This document shows, piece by piece, positions 1 through 13,900 of a stretch of 64,000 nt of DNA; the stretch's first letter is position 1, and the number at the start of each line of letters is the position of its first letter. Made by a program: the position numbers and the translations under genes. Source of the stretch: Stegostoma tigrinum (lineage: Eukaryota); contig NC_081365.1 of the NCBI RefSeq assembly GCF_030684315.1, forward strand, positions 38,965,830-39,029,829, given 5' to 3'. The notes below the pieces were generated by a model. The model was not told where the DNA came from. It made no database searches and was given only the letters and a program-made list of their open reading frames with translations.

Positions 1-200
1 TCTGCACTCTCTCCAAAGCTTCCACGTCCTTCTGGTAATGTTGTGACCAAAACTACACACAGTACTCCAAATGCAGCCTAACAAGGGTCTTATATAGCTG
101 TAACATAGTTCGCCAACTCTTGTACTCCACACCCTAGCCAATTAAGGCAAGCATGCCATATACTTTCTTGATCACATTAGCCACGTAGGTTGCAATCCTA
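1..200 (-). mobile_element. CR1 ORF2 3' fragment
   Basis: The reverse strand encodes LYKTLVRLHLEYCV...[11 protein letters not shown]. Confidence 0.8.
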
Positions 201-731
201 AAATGGGATAAGTGATTTAACATCCCATTCAGTTCTTTTCTAATGAAACATCTTACTGTTACTTCCCAAGTGCATTACCATTGGAGAGAAAGATGGTGAA
301 AATATTTAACAATGTTTTCAGGTTTGCAAGAATGAGTTTGAAAAACATACCAGCCCTCAAATGGTGGAACAAACTTGATGGAATGAATGGCCTAATTCTC
401 CTCCTATTTCTTAAAGGCTTGTGGTCGTGTTAACTCTGACAGCTTTCTACCTTTCTGGAGTATTTTCAGCAAAGAGATAATCTTTGATTATTTATGCTTT
501 GATTCCCCATTCAGCATTTTCAACTTCACAGTCATATTTGACTTTTAGTCATCTCCAATGCATATAATGTTGATCATTTACTTCTTACTTTGGACATCCC
601 AGAAGACAATTGCTTTGTATATTGCATGTTATTGGACATTAAATAGGCCTTCAATCTTTTTATTGCTGAATTGTAATCAATTTTATCTTGTGCAGGAGCC
701 AATATCTTAAGTGGCACCTTCAAATTCTTCA

Positions 732-931
732 TAAAAGCCGAAATAACTGCGGATGCTGTAATTCAGGAGCAGAAACAAAGTTGCTGAAAAATCGCAGCAT
801 GTCTGGCAGTATCTTGAAGGAGGAAACAGAGTTAACATTTTGGGTCTGCTGACCCAAAATGCAAACTCTGTTCTTTACCTTCACAGATGGTGCCAGACCT
901 GCTGATCTTTTCCAGTAACTTTGTTTTTGTT
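732..931. mobile_element. Palindromic pLTR-derived insertion (family B) with 15-bp TSD
   Basis: Imperfect inverted arms flanked by CCTTCAAATTCTTCA at 717-731 and 932-946. Confidence 0.75.
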
Positions 932-2899
932 CCTTCAAATTCTTCACCACTTTTGTGGAGAAGTAACACCCTTTATTACCTGCAGTTGCACCTTCAAAAC
1001 TTAGCAGACCTTTTTTTCCAATGTATGAATACAGACGAAGGCTTCAAATTTACCTCAATATCATCTCAGTCAGTGGAGCAGTAATTTTGTAAAATCAAGG
1101 AGCTGGGATTTCACTCCTTTGAAAGAAAGCTTTCACTGTAACTGTTCAATATTTTTTGTTTCTCTGTTTGGATGGTTAATTTTCTCAGATCAGTGTCCAT
1201 ATATGCCATGCCAGCCTTTCACTGCTGTCAAGTTGAAGAGTCTTCCTGTTTCTGTCTAACAACAGACGACATTTTTCCTCAAAATACTGCTTAAATCCCC
1301 AAATTAAAATGCTATCTCCAAAAAGAGACAATAAGATGTTTTGTTAGAAACAGAACTGAATATGATCTTAAATCACTTATCCCATTTCAAGATTTTTGTT
1401 ACTGGTACATCTGTATGGAAACTGGACAAAATGCACAATGGAATTCCCAATAGACAAAAAAAATGTAAATATGGAGAAATGTATACGTTGTATTTGTCTT
1501 TACAACTTCTTCAGTTTTTAGGCATTTTGTCATATTACTTAATTCCAATACTTGAAAACAATCACCTGGTCTTTTGTGAGTGCATAACCAATCAAGTTCA
1601 ACAACTATTTTGTTTCTTTGAAAACCATCTTTTTGAAATGATCTAGCACAATTAACAGGAATAGAGATAATTCCCTCAAAATAAACTTGCTGATTTAATC
1701 TTATTATAACTCTATTCTGCCTAAAATCTCAATCAGTGTACTTAAAAGCCAAAAGCTTGAATCCCAATCTGAAATTTCTCCTCAGACCTAACGATGGGAT
1801 ACAACAGAATCAGGTTTTCCAACAAGAGAACAAGGCCAAATGCCATGTTTTCCTAAAAGGTCAAGGAATACATAACTGGTGAGAAATAGGCACCAATAAT
1901 TACCGCAGCATAGACTGGACCAATCCTGATACAGTACTGCCAAGAGACAATATAGCATGGAGAAGACATGCAGATCAACTATCGGCAATCAGAAAGTCAG
2001 CGAGACAACAATAATTGAAGATTCATAAATAACTGTGCCGAATACAGACCTGGATATACCTGAGGACAGAGCAGTAATTGGAATATGTGAAGGGGATAGT
2101 ACCTCAGTGAAGAATACCATGACATTGTACTAACCTCTGAACATTCAGTCATCTCAGGAAAAGACAATGACAGACAAACTTCCCAGTATATCTAAACAAT
2201 CAGGGATTAAAGCCGGGGGTACATGGACAACCATACAGGAATTGACATCCTCCAAAACATCTTACCGACTAACAGTTGCATATATGATTGTAAATGTCTA
2301 TGACGCAGAGGGGAGGTGCTATTATGCATTTGTATAGTATAGTAGACTGTCAAGTTGTGTCTGATCGCATGACATAGTGATGATGTCATTGGCTGCTTTG
2401 GATGGACAAACAGGTTTCTTTCACCTTGGTGCCTGTAGAGCAAGCGCCTTCAAAATGAACAGCTATCCAAAATCTACAGTTCTTTGTTTTATTTTAGCTC
2501 CATAATGAAACTCCTATTGTTTAATGTTTCAGACTCTTCATCCTTCCTAGAACTTAAAAAGGATGAAAGTGAGGTTTAAGGATGTGTGTAGAGGTAGTAT
2601 GTTCCGATTCATGGGACACAAATACCAGTATTGAGAAAAATAAGATCTGCATCAACTGGATGTTCTCCATTTCAACTGAACTCTGATTAGTGTTTTTGCA
2701 AACCATATAGTTAGGAAAGTAGAGAGGAATTTAAACCAAATAGTGGTGGTAAAGGGGTCAAATTTGGAAAGATGCAGTAAACCACAGTAGAGGGCGGAAG
2801 AGAAAGGTATTAATATGGGAAGTGATAAAGTAACAGGAAAGAATCAACTGTCAAATCAAAGTAAATCAACAGAAGACTAGAGATTATAGAAAGTAAAAG

Positions 2900-4095
2900 G
2901 TTAGAACTAAAGAATCTTTACCTGAATGCACAAAGCATTTAAAGGGAGACAGAGGAATTGAGCATGAAAATAGAAAATAAATGAGAATGATCGCCATTCC
3001 TGATGGAAAACATGGATTGAAACTTAAATATTAAAGGGTGCAGGTATTTTGGAGGGATAGGAAGCTATAGCTTTATTAGTTAATGATGGTAACAGAACAA
3101 CAGAGGAAGGATGATCCAAGTTCAGGAAACCAGGAAATAGTTCAAGTAGAGATGAAAAATGACAACTGCAAGGTATTACTTGTAGGAATAATGTACAGGC
3201 ACTTTAACAGTATCCACACAGTAGGATGGGGCACAAAGGAAGAAATATGGAACCTTGTCAGAAAGACAGAATGATAATCATTTAAGCTCTCAATTTACAG
3301 ATAGACTGAATAAATCAGAAAGGCAAGAATAGTCACAATGATTTTTTAGATTTTTTTGTGATAGTTTCTCAGAACATCATGTCTGGACTTGATATTCTGC
3401 AATGAGATTGAAGTAATTAATGATGTGACAGATAGCAGTGATTGTAATATGATTGAATTTTACATTGTTTGAAGGAGAGAGTGAATCTAACATTTTTGTT
3501 TTAAAAATTTAACTCAGGAAAATTGACAGCATGAAAGCAAAGCTGGTTAAAGTGAATTGGCAAATTAGGTTGGACATTAGGTCAGTTGGGATGCAGCGCC
3601 AGACTTTTAAGGGAAAGAACATTTACCAGACTGATTCCTGGGATAGCAGGGCTTCTGTATGAAGAAAGAATTGATTAATTTGCACTTCATTCAAGAGTAT
3701 AGAAGTATGATGGGATATCTCACAGAAATCTGTAAAATTCGAATAGGACACAGTATATACAGGAAGGATGGTCTCAGTGATTAGGAGTACAGATTAGGGA
3801 TCATACCTTAAGGATGCAGAATAGGACATTTACATTGGAATTGGGAAGAAATTTCATTGCCCAGAGAGCAACGAGCCAGTGGAATGCTGTGGCACAGAAA
3901 ACAGTTGAGAGCAAAATGTTGCACGTTTTCAGGAAGAAGTTAGATATCTTCTTAGTGCTAAAGGGATCAAGGGATATGAGGAGAAAGCAGAAACAAGAGT
4001 ATGATGTTGAACGGCTAGCCATGATGCAATGGTGGAGCAGGTTTGGAGAACTGAATGGCCCAACTCCTGCTTTTCTTTATTTCTATGTTTCTATG
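2900..4095 (+). mobile_element. Old degenerate CR1 LINE
   Basis: Remnants of the APE region and of the CR1 3' end (RNFIAQRATSQWN), ending in a TTCTATG-like tail. Confidence 0.7.
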
Positions 4096-4749
4096 GGATA
4101 TTTCCAGATACACAAATAGATGTATTCCAATGAGTAAGAACAATTCCAAAGAATGCACCCACCTAAGATTAACTAGAAAGATGAAAGCTAGTACTAAACT
4201 TTAAAAAAATATAATTGTGCAAAAATGGATGCCAGGTCTGAAGCTAGGATAGAATACAACAAACAGTTTCGAACAGTTAAAAAATTAATAAGGAAGGAAA
4301 AATTAGAGTATACAAGAGAAAGCAATCCGTAAGTATAAATATTTAAAATAAAGTTAGTGAACATTGATGTTTTGGGAAGGAAGCCTGAAGAATTATTAAC
4401 GCAAAATCAATTCATAGCAGGCCACTTGAAAAAATATTTTGCATACAAAATGAGGGTTTACTTTGTGGTAACCACAAACTTAGTGGAGAGCCAATGCGGA
4501 AAAAAATTGAAAGGACAATGTTTCACAGAAATTCTGATCAAAATCTTACTTTATTGTCTCGTTCCTCACCCTGAACTAAAGTGCGCTTTAAGAAAAAAAA
4601 AGTTTAATTTTGAAATCAATGTCTTTTTGATGGAGGCGGAAGAAAGAGGTGAAGGAGGAGGTGTACAGGAAATTTATCTATCCGCAGTGTGCATTAATCT
4701 TCTGCAAACTTTGGTGTACGAATTGTTGTATTGTTCACGAAGGGGGACA

Positions 4750-4947
4750 CATTGTTAATGCATGGCAGAAGTTAATATCCGGGTACTGATAGGGTTGGTT
4801 TTGCTGTTCCTTTCGGTCTGTGAGCAGCAGTCAATGTGGTGTGACACAGTGCTCGCTACACCCGCATCAATCTCGCTGCGACTTGAATTTCCCGCATGAT
4901 AACCAATATTTCCAAGTAACCCGTGAGGCAGCGTCATCCTCAGTAAC
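4750..4947 (+). promoter_or_regulatory. Putative proximal promoter/5' UTR of the receptor gene
   Basis: Non-repeat sequence conserved upstream of both paralogs (52742-52925, -); CCAAT near 4902, TGTGGT (RUNX-type) at 4834; lies at the start of a CpG-rich zone. Confidence 0.45.
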
Positions 4948-4984
4948 ATGGGCGCAGTTCTCAGGCTCTGGCTCTTGGTCTTAG
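4948..4984 (+). CDS. Exon 1, signal peptide [12 protein letters not shown](G)
   Basis: ATG at 4948, hydrophobic run, donor G|GTAAGG, 95-nt phase-1 intron as in Ig/TCR leader-V organisation; conserved in the paralog at 52741-52705. Confidence 0.88.
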
Positions 4985-7900
4985 GTAAGGATTCACTTTG
5001 ATTCCAGCTAGAAGTCATTACAGTTAGACTTGGATTCCGTGGAGCTAATGGTCCCATTTGTTGCCTTGTTATGTTCCAGGGCCTGTTGTCCCTCTGGAAG
5101 TGATTGAGTCTCCTCCAGTTCTCTCCCTCCTGAGAGGACAGACGGCTCGGATCGACTGTAGCCTGATACCGGGAGAGGAGCTGGCTGATTTTGTGAAATA
5201 TTATTGGTGTCGGGCAAGAGACGCTCCTGATTTGAACAGCAACATATCCAGGATCTTCGTGAAAAACAGCCCCCGTGTGTCCGTGTCTATGTCTGAGAGT
5301 TTTCTCATTATCCGGGAGCTGATGCTGAATGATTCGGACACTTACCGATGCGTGGTTCTTAGAGAGAAACCTCGGCCCTGGAAATACTTCCTGGGAAATG
5401 GAACAACATTGAACGTCCAAGGTAATTGTGAAAGATCGTAAATATTCAGCAGATTGGGTTGCATCTGGAAACAGAAACAGGTCACGGTTCAGATAAACGA
5501 CCTTTGCTGATAAACTGTTCACCAGTAAAACCTCCAGCTTCTTCCAGTTCTCACCAAAACACGCCGACCTGAGCCGTGACCTGTTTCTGTTCCCACAGAG
5601 ACTGCCTGAGTATTTCCAGCAACCGTGATATTTTGTTTCTGATTCAGTCTGGACAGACTAGACAGGGAGAGGCTATCCCATGTCCGAAACCAAGCGGTAC
5701 AGGCTGACACTGAATATCTCAAGAAGCAGAATCCACATGAGGGTTCGGTTTTAGCTCGCACTGCCGCAGAGTGTGGCGGACACAGATTCAATCGGGAATT
5801 TTAAAACAGGTTGGGACAACAACCTGAAGAGGAGCATTCCAAAGAGAAACATTTTTCAGAGTTGCCGAAAGAGCCGAGTTGCTCCGGCTCAGTATGGACA
5901 CGATGGGCCAAATCGCCTCGGTCTGTGCAGAGACCTTTCTCTGACTCGATTAAGGGAGAACGAAATAGCTCAATGTGCGAGAGAAGGAAACAGAAATAGT
6001 GCCCAGAAACACACTAATATAAACCAGACTGCGATGTTCTGTGGGATCGAATGGTTTGCCCGGGACGACCTTTAATCTGACGGTAACCCCTCACCACCTC
6101 CTTTTCTATTTAGACCCTTTCAGTCCAGATCCTTTTCAAAACTTAGTTTGAAGAAAAACGCCCAAAAGACAAAGCTCTGTAATCCGAAACCCAACAAAGT
6201 CAACTACGAAATTAAACAAAACTAATTTTGGGGAAAACGTTTATTTTTATTTATCATTTCCTGGAATATACTGCAATAAAGAAACACAACCCGAGGTTGT
6301 GTCGGAACGAAACCCCCTTTGGATCACGGGATCTCATTCTGGTTCACATTTTTCATAAAGGGTTATATTTTTCCTGGTGTCGGTCATTTGGAACTCGGTG
6401 TACCATTTATCAAATTGGTCCTGCACTGTCCCGTTGAGTATCAAAGTTGCACACAATTTTAATCGCCCCTCTCCTTGTTACCTGTATATTTCTATTGGCT
6501 ACAATGAAGTGTGATGTTTTGATGTGTTTATTTAGCGAAACCTGAAATCTCTCTGACTGCGGATCCCGAGAATGGAGATGTTGGGATTCAGACACTGACT
6601 TGTTTGGCCGCAGGATTCTTTCCGAGAGATCTGAACATTTCCTGGATTGTTGAGGGGGATGTCTCGTATCAGGAGGAGCCGGGCTCGCTGACAGTAAACA
6701 GTGACAGCAGCTACAACCTGACCTCCCGGCTGCGGATCACTGACCCTCAGCGGGAGCAGGGAGCCGCCGTCTCCTGTCTCATTGAACACAGGACATTCAA
6801 TGGGTCAGTGACAGCAAGCTTCAGCAACAGCACAGGTAGGTCCTTTAGCATTACATCCTACACTACATTATTCCAGGCTGCAGTTAGTGAGCCAGAAAAA
6901 ACAATTTCATTTTTAAACATGCAGTGTTCGAAATAGAATTACAGAAGAGTGAAATGCGCACTCTGCATTTTTAACCGTATTGCAGGAAAATGCACGCTAC
7001 ATTCCATTCAAATTGGCAAGTACCAGCGTTGTCTTCGTGTGTAATTATTGTAAATGATGGTGGTGAATGGAAATCGGCAAAAGCAAACAATCAGAGATAG
7101 TAGGAACTGCAGATGTTGGAGAATCAGAGATAACAAGGTGGAGAGCTAGATGAACACAGCAGGCCAAGCAGCATCAGAGGAGCAAGGTTTGTGAAGGAGG
7201 GTCGAAGTCCGGAAGGTCAGCTTTGCTGCTCCTTTGATGCTGCTTGGCCTGCTGTGTTCATCCAGCTCGACACCTTGTTGTCTCAAAAGCAATCAACTCG
7301 TTGGGAGCCGCAGTCGGAAATCTCAAACAAAGGAACTGACCCGGAATCAACTTCCAACATTTGTTTTCACACAGTTTAATTGTGTCAAACAGGTGGATTC
7401 GCTTCTGCCACTCTGTTAGAGCAGGGAATAACCTGGAGAAATATTAAAACGGAACGCAAGCGGTAGCCAGTTTCAACCCCCTGTTCTTACCCCGAGCGGT
7501 CTCAGAGCTGGTTTATCTCCAGCACATCCAGACGGAGTCGCTCCCTGCTTCCACACGAGGCGGCTCGGTAAAATGTGACCATTGACTAAAGAGCAATTCC
7601 GGCTTCAGGAAGAAGAGAAAAGGAATCAGAATGGGCAGCGTTTAAACGGCACGAAACAGAGGGGTAATTAACAACTTTGTAGCAAATGTCAGCAGTTCTA
7701 AATGGCACAGCAGGACCGATGCATTGCTGAGGCCGAGTGACTATGACTTCAATCTAGGCATTTCCAGAGAAAAACATTGCAGAAGCAAAGAGGGGAATGG
7801 AGTGGGAATGTTCTGTCAAACTCTCATCGCGACACCAGCAGTGAGCCGAATGGTCTGCTCCTGTGCTCCCATTTATAATTCCCGTTCTAGCCACATACCA

Positions 7901-10900
7901 TTAACCGGTTGGCAGATTTCTCACTGCGTGTACCAGCCGAGAATCGAGTGAACCTGGTGTGCTCTGTGGTCGATATATTTACATTCCTTCCGCCGCTTCG
8001 CTCTGTTCTAGCTGTGTACAGACAGCGTTCAAAGCTCCTGTTACACCACTATCACTGGCCGGGTACACACTAGACAGTCTATAAATCCCAAAAAACACGA
8101 GCTACATTGTCTCATTACCAAAGTCCGGTTGGCATTTTAGATGCAGGAATGTAACTGCAGGGAAAAGAAACGACCATCTCCATTCAATTCAATCCATCGC
8201 GTCAGACAAGCGCCTTTGCCTCGCTCCTATCCCTGCTCATTAAAGCTCAGGTAAATAAGATTATATCCCGAATTCCCAAACTTTATGTCTTTGAAAGAGA
8301 GAGAGAGAGAGAGAGGCCGACAGCGGAAAAAAAATTCCCTGGTCATTATCATCGCTTTTAAAACAAGGATTGCCAAAGAAACAGCGAGGGGACACATTGG
8401 AAACGTACAGATGGGGCGATTACCCACCGGCAGCTTTGAAAGCGGCTGAGAGCCAATCCTCAGCAGACGGCGGGACACAGCACTCCAGAACCAAAATGTT
8501 GGCAATCTGAACTGAAAGCAGAAAATGCTGGTAACACGGGTTAGGTCGTATCTCTGGAAAGCGAGTCAAACATTTCAGGTGGTGACCTTTCATTCACAAC
8601 ACCAAGGAGACAATTGGAAAGGTCCGCGGTCTCCCTCCCCGCAGATGCTGCCCATTATTTGCAGCCTTTTCTGGGGTTTTAATACATTTTTAGGACGTGG
8701 ACATTGCGGGTTAGACCAGCGTCTGCTGCTCATCCACATTTCCCCTTGAGAAGGTGGTAGGAAGATGTGCGCTTGAGTAGCCTCATCTGTCTGGAATGGG
8801 GATATTGGGAACTGCAGATGCTGGAGAATCCAAGATAACAAAGTGTGGAGCTGGATGAACACAGCAGGCCCAGCAGCATCTTAGGAGCACAAAAGCTGAC
8901 GTTTCGGTCCTCGACCCTTCATGAAAAAAGGGGGATCGGAGAGGATTCAGAAATAAATGTAGGTTGCGGATCAACTGACCTTTAAAAAAGCTGACCAACG
9001 AAAAAAACAGATAAACGTTGGTCCTAAATGTATGTCACTCATCATGAATTTAAGGTGCTAGACTGTGTTGGCTCCAAGTGGCTTGCGCTAACAATCTGTA
9101 GCTCTATCAATCACTTACAAATAAACATCAACTATGGTGATTTAGAAATTACAGAAGATGGATGTGAAAGGTTAGGGCGTGAGATTTATTTGCAGCAATA
9201 TTTATCCAGCACTTTTATTTCACTAAACTATCTTAAGGCACTTCCCAAAAGTATTATCAGTCAAAATGTGACACTGAACCACATTAAGAAAATCAAATTA
9301 AATAAACATTCCACCAACCTATTCTCTTTCCAAATCCAGGAAATTCTGTAACTGAAGCAATTAACATTCATAAACAAAAACAATTGGCATTTCACATTAA
9401 AGAATACCCTTACAATATCACTGAGGATGTAACTGCTTAGTAAGAAATGTGACCTTTGTGTTTCGTGAAGCATCAATCAGACATGCTCCAAATACCTTTT
9501 CACCAAAATGCAAATGTAAACATCTCAGAGATAGCTGATGCTGGAATAAAATGCAGCTTACTTGTCAAAAGTGACTTTGTTGGTAGGAGCCATTAAATAA
9601 ACACACCTGTACATGTGACTTTCAGAAACTTCTAAAACCTTTTATCAGTTATTCAGCTCATGGTTGGATCTAAAAAAGAATTAGAAAATTAAGCATCTGA
9701 TTCTAGTTCTGTCCTTCAACAATATTGGTCCTGACAGCCTCCAATTGCAACTTTCAAATTAGAAGATCAATCTCCAATATCGGTGAACTAGTTTAATATT
9801 TCTTTTTGAACCACAGCTGGCAGTTTATAATAATAATTGTCAGTTTGTCACATTGCTAGTTATCGTGTATGCACTGAAAACTAAAATAATGCAAATCATT
9901 TTGAAAAGGGCAGCATGGGTAACAGTACAACTGTATTTAGACAAATGTGTTGGATGAGTTCTGAAAAAGGGTCCAATAATGTTAATGTTGATTTCTCTCC
10001 ACAAATGCTGCCAGACCTGCTGAGCTTCTCCAGCAATTTTATTTTTGTTTCTGATGTCCAACCTCCACAGATTTTCTCGATTTTGTTTAATTGTATGTTG
10101 GATTGGAAAGGCACATTATGAAGTAAGTTTGAATTTGCTGATAATTTGAGCAAGGTGCTCAAATTACATGACCTATTTCAAACTTGTGTAACTACAGTAT
10201 AAGTTGAGGAGTGGGTTCAAGAAAGCTTGCTGAACATTAATTTTCTGCATGTAAATATACATAGATGATTTGTTTACTGGTGTCTGGCTGTGGTGAACGT
10301 ATTACTTATAATGAAGAGTTTAGAGAGGGGAGGCTTGGCGGGTTGACTTAGTTTTTAAAGTTACTTATAAACATCTATTATTATTCGGTGCAAAGTGAAA
10401 ATACTGTATTACCATCTCAGGCTACTGTGCACAGCTGCTTTTGTAATATAATTGCAGGATAATACAGTGAGTTGTGACCCACCCCACCACACGTAGTGCC
10501 AAAACCAGTCATGAACAATATAACGGGTGTGAGTGGCATGGATAGGGTAAATAGACATGATCTTTTCCCTGGGGTAGAGGAGTCAAAATCTAGCGGGCAT
10601 AGATTTAAGGTGAGAGGGGAAAGATTTAAAAGGGACATAAGGTGCAACATTTTCACGCATGAATGGAATGAGCTACCAGAGTAAGTGGTGGAGATAGGTA
10701 CAAGTACAATATTTAAAAATCATTTGAAAGGATATATGTATTGGAAAGGTTTAGAGGATACAGGCAAAATGCTGGCAAATGGGGCTCGATTTATCTAGGA
10801 TATCTGGTCAGCATGAATAAGTGAAGTGAAGTACCAGTTTCCGTGCTGTACATGTCTATGCTTCTATGACTCTACACCTCCAATGATTTTTGGGAGAATT

Positions 10901-13900
10901 TTTAGTAGAGATAGGATACTGCATATAAAATTACTGTTTCACAAACTGAATTAATTTTGGCGTCATTCCTTAATGGCATTCCACTGGATGAATGTATTAT
11001 GGTGGCAGAAAGGACTTTTGATGAGGACTCGTCTACTGAGGTAGTATGGGCTGAAGTTGGAAACAGGAAAGGAGAGGTCACCCTGTCGGGAGTTTTCTAT
11101 AGGCCTCCGAAAAAGGTAGCTGGGTGACTGTCAGGAAGGGGAAAGGGAATAGGCAGACAGTGCAGGGATCCCTTGTGGCCATTCCCGTCAATAACAAATA
11201 TACCATTTTGGATACTGTTGGGGGTGACGACTTACCAGGGGTGAACTATAGGGTACAAGTCTCTGGCACAGAGTCTGTCCCTGTTGCTCAGAAGGGAAGA
11301 AGGGAGAGGGGGAGAGCATTAGTCATAGGGGACTCCACAGTTAGGGGGACAGATAGAAAATTCTGTGGGAATGAGTGAGTCTCGCTTTTCGTGTGTTGCC
11401 TCCCAGGTGCCAGGGTCCATGATGTCTCGGATCGTGTTTTCGGGATCTTTAAGGGGGAGCAGGAGCAGTCCCAAGTCGTGGCCCACATAGGCACCAATGA
11501 CATAGGTAGGAAAAGGGATGAGGATGTAAGGCAGAAATTCAAGGAGCTGGGGTGGAAGCTTAGAGCTGGAACAAACAGAGTTGTTATCTCTGGTTTGTTA
11601 CCCATGCCACAGGTTAGCGAGGTGAGGAATAGGGAGAGAGAGCAGCTGAACACGTGGCCACAGGGATGGTGCAGGAGGGAGGGATTCAGATAACAGGATA
11701 ATTGGGGCTCATTCTGGGGTAGGTGGGACCTCCATAAACAGGATGGTCTACACCTGAACCAGAGGCGTACCAATATCCTGGGGGGAAAACTTGCTCATGC
11801 TCTTCAAGAGAGTTTAAACTAATTCAGCAGGGGGATGGAAACCTGAATTGTAGCTCCAGTGTACAGGAGGTTGAGAGTAGCGAGGTCATGAATAAGGTTT
11901 CAAGGTCGCAGAAGTGTGCTGACAGGCAGAACAGTGGTTTGAAGTGTGTTTACTTCAACGCCAGGAGTATCCAGAATAAGATGGGTGAACTTGCAGCATA
12001 AGTTGCTACCTGGGACTTCGATGTTGTGGCCATTTCGGAGACATGGATAGAGCAGGGGCAGGAATGGTTGCTGCAGGTTCCGGATTTGAGATGTTTCAGT
12101 AAGAGCAGAGAAGGTGGTAAAAGAGGGGCAGGTGTGGCATTGTTAGTCAGGGACAGTATTACGGTGGCAGAAAGGATGTTTGATGAGGAGTCGTCTACTG
12201 ATGTAATATGGGCTGAGGTTAGAAACAGGAAAGGAGAGGTCACCTGTTGGGAGTTTTCTACAGGCCTCTGAAAAGTTCCAGAGATGTAGAGGAAAGGATT
12301 GCAAAGATGATTCTGGATAGGAGTGCAAGTAACAGGGTCGTTATTATGGGGGACTTTAACTTTCTAAATATTCACTGGAAACGAGATAGTTTGAGTACTT
12401 TAGATGGGTCAGTTTTTGTCGAATGTGTGCAGGAGGGTTTTCTGACACAGTATGCAGATAGGCCAACAAGAGGCAAGACCACATTGGATTTGGTACTGGG
12501 TAATGAACCAGGCCAGGTGTTAGATTTGGAGATAGGTGAGCACTTTGGTGATAATGACCACAATTCGGTTACGTTTACTTTAGCAATGGAAAGGGATAGG
12601 TATATACCGCAGGGCAAGAGTTATAGCTGGGGGAAAGGCAATTATGAGGCAATTAGGCAAGAATTAGGATGCATTGGATGGGGAAGGAAACTGCTCATGC
12701 TGGGCACAAATGAAATGTGGAGCTTGTTCAAGGAACAGCTACTGCGTGTCCTTGATAAGGATGTACCTGTCAGGCAGGGAGGAAGTGCTCGAGCGAGGGA
12801 ATCGTGGTTTACTAAAGAAGTTGAATCTCTTGTCAAGAGGAAGATGGAGGCTTATGCAAAGATGAGGCAGAGACAACCCTGGTAATTATAGACCAGTGAG
12901 CCTTAGTTCGGTTGTGGGTAAAGTGTTGGAGAGGATTATAAGAGATAGGACTTATTATCATTTAGAAAGGAACAATTTGATTAGGGATAGTCAGCACGGT
13001 TTTGTGAAGAATAGGTCATGCCTCACAAACCTTATTGAGTTCTTTGAGAAGGTGACTAAACAATGCGGTTGCTTTGGTGTATATGGGTTTCAGTAAAGCG
13101 TTTGATAAGGTTCCCCACGGTAGGCTAATGCAGAAAGTACAGAGGCATGGGATTGAGGGCGATTTAACGGTTGGGATCAGAAATTGACCAGCTGTAAGAA
13201 GACAGAGGGTGGTGGTTGATGGGAAATGTTCATCCTGGAGTTCAGTTACTAGTGGTGTACTGCAAGGATCTGTTTTGGGACCACTGCTGTTTGTCATTTT
13301 TATAAATGACCTGTATGAGGGTGTAGAAGGATGGGTTAGTAAAATTGCGGATGACACTAAAGTCATGTGGATATTGCGGAAGAATGTTGCAGGTTTCACA
13401 GAGACATAGATAAGCTGCAGAGCTGGGCTGGGAGGTGGCAAATGGAGTTTAATGCAGAAACGCGTGAGGTGATTCACTTTGGAAGGAGTAACAGGAATAC
13501 AGAGTACTAGGCAAATGGTAAGATTCTTGGTAGTGTGGATGAGCAGAGAGATCTCGGTGTCCATGTGTATAGATCCCTGAAAGTTGCCACCCAGGTTGAT
13601 AGGGTTGTTAAGACGGCGTATGGGGTGTTAGATTTTATTGATAGATGGATTAAGTTTCGGAGCCATGAGGTCATGTTGCAGCTGTACAAAACTCTGGTGC
13701 GGCCACACTTGGAGTATTACGTACAGTTCTGGTCGCCGCATTATAGGAAGGATGTGGAAGCATTGGAAAGGGTGCAGAGGAGATTTACCAGGATGTTGCC
13801 TGGTATGGAGGGAAGGTCTTATGAGGAAAGGCTGAGGGACTTGAGGCTGTTTTCATTAGAGAGAAGAAGGTTAAAAGGCAACTTAGTAGAGACATACAAG

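Noticed and set aside
1780-2210. Unique-looking purine-rich stretch after a CTCAG acceptor, possible exon of a neighbouring gene
   Set aside because: The frames I read close within about 100 nt and no domain is recognisable; cannot be supported.
4845-4885. CACAGTG heptamer near the V gene suggesting an RSS
   Set aside because: It lies upstream of the leader, has no ACAAAAACC-like nonamer at 12 or 23 bp, and is not conserved in the paralog (CTCAGTG). No RSS flanks the V exon or the J-like segment, so a rearranging Ig/TCR locus is not supported.
4755-5522. 255-aa minus-strand ORF
   Set aside because: It is the antisense shadow of the leader and V exons in GC/CpG-rich DNA; no recognisable domain, and broken in the paralog.
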